Shown: positions 37,413 to 47,437 of the stretch, piece after piece | Position numbering within the stretch: the first letter of the stretch is position 1 | Layout of the letters: the number at the start of each line of letters is the position of its first letter | Notes under the pieces: generated by a model | Told to the model about the DNA's origin: nothing | Database searches by the model: none | What the model saw: the letters and a program-made list of their open reading frames with translations, nothing else | NCBI GenBank assembly: GCA_000182565.2 | Contig: KQ257456.1 | Origin: Spizellomyces punctatus DAOM BR117 | Taxonomy: Eukaryota | DNA: 64,000 bases | Direction: 5' to 3' (one strand) | Translations under genes and position numbers: made by a program

Positions 37413-40400
37413 CTAAAGCAAGCTAAAAAAAGTCGCCACGATGGTCCCCAAGATCCCAAGCCATGCGCCGACTTTCACATTGGCAGCACCGCTGACGCGC
37501 GCCATTTGTATGCGGCTTTCATCACCCCTTTTCACCCTGAGGATGGACCACATGCCTTCCACGACGTGGGACCTGAGATTGCAATAGAGTGCAAATAAGA
37601 AACCCAGGAAATCATCAGCATGTAAATGAGCATTGTTGACGAGCTTACCTTAAATTACCCGCCCTCACAGCCCAATCTCCGACCTCCTCTGCCCGGAAAA
37701 GAAAAGTCTCGGTCCTACCAGGGTTGATGGCATTGTCGACACCGGTCGCAACCGCACCGGCATTTTCCAGTTCAGAAAACACATGTCCATGTACATGCAA
37801 CGAAATTGCTCTGGGTTTATCATTCGAAGCGACCATATGGAACAATTGAAGTCTTCCCCGAGTTGCATGGAAAATGGGAGTGGGCGGATTGTCAGGTGTA
37901 AGCCACACTGGATCAAACGTAGGAGCCGACCTGTAATTGAGTCCTTTCTGGCCCTGATCTTCGGGATCGATTCCATTGGGACTACCGCTCAAGGGTGACC
38001 GGACAAGATGGCAAATTTGGTCAATGTCTTTGTCTATTTCCCCGGCCTCCGATGGCCATTTACCATCCTTGAAGCCGTTGTTGTTACGGATGTCGCACCA
38101 TTCCTCGAGCCAAGGATTAGTGCTCAGCGGGAAGGTGTTGATGACATTGTGGAGGTGATCTTTGGGATATTGAGACGCGTCTAGTCTTCCGTTGGCGGTG
38201 TCGTTCATCACGTCCACCTCGTTCAGTCGTGGGGGTGTTGGGTCAAAGTCGGCGACCGGTTTTTCGGGGTCACCGTCATGGAACAGTCGTAGACCTAAAA
38301 TATCGGCAATTGTACTAATTAACAACTTTGAACCACAGTATTTTCCATGCATCCGCAATGCGTACTCACCGTCTTGAAGCATAACAACATGCTCATCCAT
38401 CTCAAATATCTCATCATCTTCCAAAGACGGATGGAATCCCATTGCTCCGCCGGTAGCTTGGAACCTAAGATCTTGATCGTGGAATTGTGGAGCGTCAAAT
38501 GTCCTCGTCAGTGTCGCCTCCGCTCCATACCAAGTGCTGGGAATCCAGCCTTCCTTCTCCACCAGCAGCGCGCCGATGAGACCGTGATGCCGATGGTTAC
38601 GGAAGTCTGCTTGATCTTGCAATAGAATGGGGCTGCCGTAGAACTATATTTTGCACACCGTGTCAGCAAGACGCTTTAGAAAACAAATGCGACTGGGGCA
38701 CACATACCTGGTCAGCAAACCATGTAAAAGCGCGCGTCTCACCATTTGCAACGGTTTGATCCCCGTTTTTGCCCACTAAAAGAGGCCCGCATCAGAGGAG
38801 ATGTTGACTCTATTAACGGGTAAACAGACATGGTATTTACCGTTCGTCCCGTCATTCACTCTGGTATCGAAGAGGACTATGTCGGCGTGAATAGAAACCC
38901 GCGGGGATACTTCGCGATAACTCCTCAAATCAACGGGAACTGTAGGATATAACGACTTAGGTCCCGACGATATGCGAGTTGCGGTCGGAAGTCAGCATAC
39001 CTTCCGGTCGGTTGGGCTCAGCTTTTAGATCAGGGTTAATATTGTTCGTCAACCAAACCGTAATCCATTCCCCTTCGATCGCCCGAATAACCAAAGGCTC
39101 CGGATTCTTATCCTTGTCCGTTTTCACCTCGATCCATTTTGTGGTCCCAGGTTCCTTATATGCCTCCAGTCGATAAATCAATCCAAAGGGATCAATTCGA
39201 TTTTGCCCCAGAAAGCCTTCCGTATAATCAATGCGCCGGCTTTCGGCCACTACACGATATTCCCTATGCTTTTTAGGGTCCGGTTTCTGTTGGCTGGGCA
39301 GTTGCTTCGCGAAGGGTCTCGGATTCGAAGGTAAGGTAGGGAGGTTTGGTACTTCCTTGTCGTGCACTCTCAGAAGTGACCAGCATCCGAGCCAGGTATC
39401 GTCAATTGCACGCCAATAGAGCATCTAGTACAAAGGGGTCGGTAACCTTGAAAACAACACGGCAGGCGGTGCAATCACATCCTTCACGGCTTACATGATC
39501 TCCTGGAGAATATACAGGTTCAACGATCTTTGTGAAAGCTTTTGAAATTCCGAGAATCTGTTGCTGAACAAGTCGGCTATTAGGGTCGGTGAAGAGATCG
39601 TGCCAGCTAAGAACGGGAAGAGATCTTAGAACTGAAGAATAAGAATAGATACGACCGCATATGGCGTACCGTAAACCGTAAGCATTGAAGCTATGCGACT
39701 CCTCATGCGATCCCTGGCCGATACGCAACCTTATAGTATCGTTCGGATACGATTGGTAAACCGTCGTGGAGGGATCACCAAAGGGATCAGATGAAAACAA
39801 AATGCTCGGGTCAGGATCTCGTCCGTTATTCTTCCTACGGAACTCCTTGATTCTTTCTCGGAGTGGTTCGCTCTTGTAGTTAACGAGCATGATACCCTGA
39901 TCTTGGTCCGAGCCTGGGAAGTTAGGTGGGTTCAGCGGCAGTCCGTGTCTGTTGAAGGCTGGATGGAAGTCTGCGACGAATTGGACAACTTCGCGGTACC
40001 AATCGCCTTCTCTTGTTTTGATGGCTGCTTGGACGCCAGTAACAATAGGTCGGTTGAGATTGTCGTTGGCAAACCAGGTGGCTCCTAAAGGAATGCAGGG
40101 AGATCAATTAATCCTTCCGCTCCCCCCAACTCTTGAGGAGGTAGAATTTGTGTCCTTACCAAAAGGCTGAACCAAGTTCAGTGCATACAACCCCTTCTTT
40201 TGCCGAAAATTAGCAAAGAGATGATCGTGAAAAAATACTAGGAAAAGCAACCTGACATTAGAAGAGTCCTCATACTACCAAAACACGACTCTGAATGCAG
40301 AAATGCTCACCATGACCAAACTCTTCATCAGCCCACCACCTATGGATAAGGAATTTTCCAAAGCGAGGACCGCTCAGATAGTTCCATCCAACGGAAGCGC

Positions 40401-43159
40401 CATCAGAAACCAGGACATCGAATTTGACCAGGTGTACATGGATGCCGACTTCGCCTTCGGTCGGATGCGCCGGGCAGTCGGGAAAGGGCGGATCAAAGGC
40501 ATTCCCGGGAATAAAAGTATCGAATTTGTTTTTCAAAGTATTTCTCAAGACGTCACCCTTGTTCGATCGCATGATGAAGGGATCGTAGGGTGTCGGGGTG
40601 TTGCGATCGCCGAATTCTTCTTCTTCCAGCTGATAGAGATGACCTGAGGGGTCTGCGACGAGAGATAATAAGTACGCAAACAAAGTACTGAAAGCCATGT
40701 CAGTACACGTCTTCCGCACCATGCCAGCCAAATCTATTGAACAGAATATTTCGGTTCAGAGCAGATATGTTGCGGGCCACTTCCCGTACAGGGATGCCCC
40801 TGTCCACAAAATTCTGTCTAGGTGTCGGAATGAGAGTGAAGGTGCTTCCAGGTTGCGGATCTCTGTTCATGGCGTTAACTTCCTTCTCGGTCGCAGGTCG
40901 GAAGTCCTGAAAATTATGGAAGAGGTGAATTGCGAGATTGGTTGTGAGATTGGTTTTTGAAAATGGATAAGATAACTTACGGATCCTTCCGGTATGGGAC
41001 CCCACATTTCCGTAGGCCAAGGGACTCGCGGCGACTTCTGGTGAATTTTACCAGCAATGAAATTGGGAAATCCGGGGCGGTCAAGTGTGGGGTTTGGCGG
41101 GGCTTGACGGTCCGGTAGAACCCGCAGAGGCAGAATTTGCTTTCCGTTGGGATAGGTCAAACTGCCGTCTTGTAGAGTATCAAAGGTACGGAAAATGCCC
41201 CACATTCCAAGAGTAAAGTGCGGATACAACTAGAGGAAGAGATATGTATAAGTTCAAGAGTTTAAGCACCGGGAAGATACAACATGACATACGTGGCAAT
41301 GGAAGATCGCATCGCCGATACTTTTCTAAAATTCAGACAGAGAGAGAGAGGCATTAGAAAAAGGAAAATCAGCAAAAGGAATCATCTGGTTTTCAACACA
41401 CCAGGCGGGATCCTGCACCATATAAGGCCGTAAAGGTCGTTGCCCATTGCGGGGACAATGAGAAGGAATCAATGATCGGACTGTCCACTTTGCCATCGAC
41501 GGCATACCATTGATGGACTATAAGAGGCAAAGTACATGAATAATACATCGAAGTACGTTGACGCCGAGAAAGCATAAAACAAACCATGCCAGTGAAAAAC
41601 TAGCACAGCAAAGCCGTATTAGTTATGAATGTTTTTTCTTCAAGCGTTTGCGTAATACTAGCTTACCATGCGTCTCTCTAACACCACCATGGACAACGCG
41701 GAACTTTACAGGATCGCCAGCATAGTTGAAGAAAACAAGGCCAGGATCACCATGCATCCACGAAGAATGATGCTGTTCTTCGCCGTACACGGGTACTTCC
41801 AGAGTTCCAGCTTTAATGCGATCGAAGACATCGCTTTGACGATTACGAAGTGGTTCGGAACGATAGTCTACGGTGAAGCAGACAAAAGATTAAGTAACCG
41901 AAAATATTGGACTGGGTAATCCCGGATGCTTACTGATTGCATGCACGGCGTCTTCCTCTTTGGCATTAATTTGGGCGTGGTTCGTTACAAATTTGTTGGG
42001 ACCGCATGGGCTTTCCGTCAGGGTACGACCAAATCGAATCTCAGGCTCATCGTGAAAGATTGTCACATGCTCCCGAAACGAAGCGGTGGGGTGGTGAAGT
42101 TCCGGTTCTTCGTCAAAGAAGTTTGCCTTGAAGTTCTCGAATCCACTGGAGGAGTTATAAACTGTTAGAGAATGAAGTTGAGGCGCCTTGCCACTTTTGG
42201 TACTTACGGGGGTTTAGGGGGATGGATATCGGCAGTTAACCCATCACGAATGGGTTCCCCAGTATGCGGATCTGTCCACCTGGAACCGTAAGGCTCCACG
42301 ATGAGAGCGCCAAACAGTCCATGCAAATTGGTGTCATTCTCCGTGCCTGGAAAAACAATGTGATTGTTCAATTGAGTAAGAATCCGATCCTAGAAGCAAT
42401 CGCAGCCCTTAAGACGTACCTCCGAGATTTCCGGCATCGCCGATGTGGAATACCCCTTGGTGACTGCATTTCCAGTGGTAAGTATATTTACCGCCAGGAG
42501 GAGCCAAAGACGGTGGATTGCGGCCGACTAATAATAAGAAAGGGTCAGCACGGGCTGCTGAGCGGGGAATTTTGAAAGTACTTACCCGCAGATCCATCAG
42601 ATTTAACATCATGTCCATCTAATGCCACATGCATCCCTACAGGATGCTTCCTGATTTTGTTCTCCAGCACGATGGTGACGGTATCATGCAAGTTGCAGCG
42701 GAGCACAAGTGGGCGGACGAGGGGATTGAGTTCGACCCGCGGTGCTTTTGCTGAGGGAATCAACGGATCCGGCGAAACGAACGAATGAGCGTAGCGTTCA
42801 AGAGCGTCCTCGTTTTCTATTAAACAAGCGCTATAAGTTTCGCAGAATTGTGACTGGAATACCGGACTAGCAAAATTACCTTTGAGAGCGAACATTAAAC
42901 CATTCGGGTCATGATCCCCGTATACATTATAAACGATCGGAACTTCCAAGGCAACCACATCTAACGTACGAGACAATGAGCTCTAACTTGCATCACTTGA
43001 TAGGAGGCAAATCTCACCATAGTGGCGATTTTGGCGTTTGACAGCTACGGTGAAGTCAAACGAATCTACATCGTGGCCATGGACAAAGGCCGGAACTGCG
43101 AGCAACAAAGTGCCAAGTGACAGGCACTTTACAGCATGAAATGAAGCCCCAAAGAGCAT
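37413..43159 (-). CDS. MnxG-type large multi-cupredoxin-domain multicopper oxidase (putative Mn(II) oxidase) with signal peptide and GPI-anchor-like tail; about 21 exons, frame intact
   Basis: Spliced motifs IVYNVYGDHDPNG, LHGLFGALIVEP, EEQHHSSWMHGDP, VHGGVRETHVFHWHVHQW, IGDAIFHCHLYPHFTLGMWG, HVHLVKFDVLVSDGASVGWNY, FFHDHLFAN, GSHEESHSFN, DQADFRNHR, LHVHGH, GNLRSHVVEGMW, collinear with Bacillus MnxG as I recall it. Confidence 0.88.
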
Positions 43160-43274
43160 GCCTCGAACGAAAAGGAATGTTGACAGGTTCCGGTGATTGA
43201 TTGAGACAGTTGAAGGGAGAGAGGCCTTCGCATCCAGCGGACTTTTATAGCGAGAAGGACTGCAGCCATCTTTA

Positions 43275-43958
43275 ACAGAGCACGATCGAGTGAAAGTAAT
43301 CGTCTGATGTCTGTCGCAATCTGCATCCTACTCGGAAAGGCAACGATGCGCCTTGGAGCAAGGCTGAGGGCGAACCTAGGTGTATTCTGTAACGTCTTTT
43401 ACTAAAAGCGAATGATGAGAAGCTGCGGCTCGCTGAGCTTGTCCTTTCAACCAGAAGATTACCACGAGGAGGGGGCAAAGAAATTGGTGGAAAATGAACG
43501 TAGCAACAAGTACGGACAGAGCACGATCGAGTGAAAGTAATCGTTTGATGTCTGTCGCAAATCTGCATCCTACTCGGAAAGGCAACGATGCGCCTTGGAG
43601 CAAGGCTGAGGGCGAACCTAGGTGTATTCTGCAACGTCTTTTACCAAAAGCGAAGATGAGAGGCTGTCCTTTCAACCAGAAGATTACCACGAGGAGGGGG
43701 CAAAGAAATTGGTGGAAAACGAACGTAGCAACAAGTACGGACAGAGCACAATCGAGTGAAAGTAATCGTTTGATGTCTGTCGCAAATCTGCATCCTACTC
43801 GGAAAGGCAACGATGCGCCTTGGAGGGCGAACCTAGGTGTATTCTGCAACGTCTTTTACCAAAAGCGAAGATGAGAGTCTGACCTTTGAACCAGAAGATT
43901 ACCTACCACGAGGAGCGGGCAAAGAAATTGGTGGAAAACGAAGTAGCAACAAGTACGG
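43275..43958. repeat. Tandem direct repeat, three copies of about 241, 225 and 218 bp
   Basis: Unit start acagagcac(g/a)atcgagtgaaagtaatcg at 43275, 43516 and 43741; each copy ends ...gtagcaacaagtacgg; copies differ by small indels. Confidence 0.95.
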
Positions 43959-44865
43959 CAAGGCTGCTGGCTTCACATCAGACGACAAAATTGCGTTCGA
44001 GGAGCAATTTGAAAGATTGCTACTGCTGCTCCGCAACTCCGATTGATGGGTCCATGAAGAATTCGTTCCACTTTGTATCCAATGCTCTGCGTTGTTTTCC
44101 ACAACGAGCAGATTGGCGTACATTTCTACAGGTTCTTTTATCTGTTGCGCCAACGTCCTCTTTGAACCCAATTTTCAAAAATCGTTACGGTCAAACCTAT
44201 CCAGCGTGTTCAAATGCCCAAACTCCGCTGCTCCGCAGCTGTTACCCTTGGGGGATGACGCTATCACGGGACCTTGTGCTGACATAACAAAATGGTTGCT
44301 CGATTTCGAAAATGCAATATGATGGTATTGCATGCTCAACCATCATGGTGTCAGAAGTAACTTTGCTAAACAATGCGTCAAATGTATCATTTGGTACATC
44401 GTACATGTAGTAATGTAGCCGTGAGTTGGTTCGGTAACCTTGTAGAAGAAGCGGTTCAGACTGAACCGAGGGGGCCTTGTGGGTTGCGGGCTTGGAGAGC
44501 CGAATCTGGTAAGTTTGGCTGAGCCGGAAGGTCACCGTAGACCCATATAGGGGATGTAGTGAATTTCTATAAATTACCGGAAGCTTTGTAGACGAAGTAG
44601 TTAAAGTGGGAGGAGAAAAGAAAAAGTCTCGCTCAGCGTGTAAATTATGACGAGTATGTTGATCTCGAAAACGTGTCCGCAACAAAGTCGCTCCTTCTCT
44701 CCTCCTGGCATGCCCTCGCTGCTTTGCCGACGACACAACTCTCCCATTCTCGTGGTTGCTCCCGCATTCCCACCAACCTCCTAATGAGACCACCGTCATC
44801 CAGCCCCGGAACGCTTCCCGCAAGGCCGCTGCAACAACCGGCATTTTCCAAGTAAGTATACTCGT

Positions 44866-46624
44866 ATGTTCACCAGTTTGAATCGGATACTACGGATTTT
44901 CCCCGAAAGGTCTGCTGCCCTCTCTGCATGGAATTGGCCCAGAGGAATGCACACCAAGATTGCCAGAGTGAAGAAAGTGGATACACGCACCCACCAGCTT
45001 TTGGATGAGCATGGTCGGACCCGTTTTTTTCGCGGTGTCAACGTCGTGTTCAAAAGGCCGCCTTGGCATCCAGTTCTGGACCGGTTTGACGCCGTCACGT
45101 CGTTCGCCGAGGAAGATGCTCGTCTGCTTTCGAGTCTCAATATAAATAGTATCCGTTTAGGTGTGCACTGGGCGGGTGTTGAGCCTACTCGTGGTGAATA
45201 TTCGTCAACTTATATTGCTGCCATCCGCCAAATTGTACAAACGTGTGCTCGTTATGGAATATATGTGCTATTGGAGTTCCATCAGGATGTACTAGCTCCT
45301 CAATTTCGGGGCCATGGGGTTCCAGATTGGTTTGTGAATGAGGACTGGCTAAGTGGATGGAAGAAATGGCTGCGATTTCCGGTACCGAATAGATTCATAC
45401 CTGCTCGAAGAGATGCGGACGGTATGCCACTGGAGGACGACTGCAAAGGACTAACTTGGTACTTGCGTGAGTACACTTACTCTGGCTCTTTGATAGTTCA
45501 TGTTCGTCAAACTAACGTAGTATCCCATTGGTGGGTTGTGGTGGAAAGTGTATTTCACCTATGCTGTTGCTGATGCATTTGGACGATGTAAGGTTGTGGC
45601 GGTTGCTACTTGACGGAGCGGCCCAATGAAGTGATCCAACTCTGCTCTAGTATACAACAACCATGACGGCCTCCTAGACGCATTTGCTGGCTATTGGCAG
45701 CATGTGGTTGAAGAATTTAAAACCGAGGCAAACATTTTAGGTTACGAGATCATGAATGAGCCATGGTAAATTGATGACATTTCTTGCTTGTGATGGATTC
45801 GTCGCTCATGCCTTCAGTCGATCACCTCTGCAAGGCCCGGAAATCATTGGAAGAATCCGTTGCTCCTCCTTCCTGGTTATGCAAGCGGAACTACACTCCA
45901 TACCATGCACACCCATGTCGCACAGGGGATCCGCCGAGCAGACCCTAATGCCATCATTTATTTTGAAGGTGCAACGTGGGATGTAACAACGAAAGCGCCA
46001 TGTGTGCCAGGAGGCATCGAGTATGCGGATCGTTCTGTATTGAGTTATCATTTCTATCGCCCTCCCCAACGAACAGACATTGATACCTACATGAAACGTC
46101 GAAAAGCCGATGCTGTAAAGCTTGGTGGGTGCGGCCTCTTCATGACGGAATGGGAGATGTGGTACGGTAACGGGAGCGACAAGCGATTTCAGGAGATGTG
46201 GGATACTGTTACCGCCGCCGATCGACATCACCAAAATTGGATGGGGTGGGCATATAAATCCTTCGCACAAGGTAAAGGCAGTACAGATGGATCACTATTT
46301 GACGATGAGACGGGTAATAGGCGGCGGCAATTTGAGGAGCTGTGGAGTAGAACATTTCCTACCGCAGTAAGCGGCAACGTGATTACAATGAAGTTTGAAA
46401 GAGATACTGGAAGATTTGAACTCGCATTCGAGTTCAAAGCCTCCGTCAAAGAGCCGACAGAGATTGGCATTTCGGCAGAGATATGGTATCCTCAAGGGTA
46501 CCGAGTGGAAATCACACCAGTGGGAGTAGCTCTTTGGCATGGAGACGCAAGAACTATTGTGTTAGATATAGACAGGAGCACTGCAAATGGAACCCAGATA
46601 AACGTGGTGATTGAGCGCCAATGA
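44866..46624 (+). CDS. Glycoside hydrolase family 5, endoglycoceramidase-like, with C-terminal beta-sandwich
   Basis: LLDEHGRTRFFRGVNVV, IRLGVHWAGVEP, LEFHQD, GYEIMNEPW (acid/base E), LSYHFY, FMTEW (nucleophile E), SRTFPTAVSG. Confidence 0.9.
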
Positions 46625-47437
46625 TGAGAAAATATGTACGAAGCCAGGTGTAACCAGCTCGACAGTATGTTGTGGTGAAAGGAGGCGTCGAAACAAAGGC
46701 GTCACTTGAGGGTAACGACGTACTATGATACCACATTTCTTTTGCAACGCATCTTGGCCCTTACGAGCATCAAGAGTTGTGAAGCAAACAGAGCACCTGA
46801 TCAATAAGGTAGAACACCTGCATGAACCAGAGAATGGCTGGGGAAAGGCCATACACGCTGTTTGCAACATTGCTTAGCGCTTGGTAGCGTCCTACAGAAT
46901 GTACCAAAAGCTAAAAGCCGGATGGAAAGGAGCAAATTAGATATCGTTTCCAGACGGCCATTCGCTTTTGAAATGGTGAGGAGGGTGATTCGCTGCAAAG
47001 CACAGGAGTGTTGAAATACTTTTGCTGTTACTATAGTTACGGAGTTCAATCACGTGTGTTCCCATTCGTCGGAGGTATCGGAGCTTTCCAGTCCCATGGT
47101 TCACCACCCAACCTAAACCCATCGACATACTTAAGGGACCTGTGAAAAATGCAGGAGAGCTCTCACAGTCATAGCAAAAGGCTACATCTTTGAGAAACTG
47201 GTTGAATCCAGGTCATTAGGAGGGCAATCAAGTTTGGAAGAACGTAGAGGATGGAGCTCCCAACGGGTTCCCCAGCTGGAAGCCAAAGGGTAATAGTTCC
47301 TACAGGTTTGCCTCGCAATAGTCATGTATGAGGCAAAAACGCAGGAAGGAGATGCTGAGAACGTGAAAATAATGATAAAAATGCATGCAAACTACGCTAA
47401 ATAAATAAATGAACCCTACACAAGACTTTGCGATGAT

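Noticed and set aside
37645-42976. Reading the oxidase fragments as a broken bacterial contaminant or pseudogene
   Set aside because: Every gap is bounded by GT..AG with compatible phase, and the gene is contiguous with fungal genes
43275-43958. Repeat considered as a CRISPR array or LTR pair
   Set aside because: Units are about 230 bp, contiguous, without unique spacers, TG..CA ends or an internal retroelement ORF
43272-44046. Several 70-157 aa ORFs on both strands across the tandem repeat
   Set aside because: Frames differ between repeat copies, non-ATG starts and no recognisable domain; products of the repeat itself
43960-44844. 200-aa minus-strand ORF and other coding-looking fragments
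   Set aside because: No motif and no convincing splice model; left unannotated
46937-47325. Possible small spliced gene on the minus strand (…SLKYVDGFRLGGEPWDWKAP…)
   Set aside because: Weak donor sites, no recognisable family; may be 3' UTR of the Dss1-like gene
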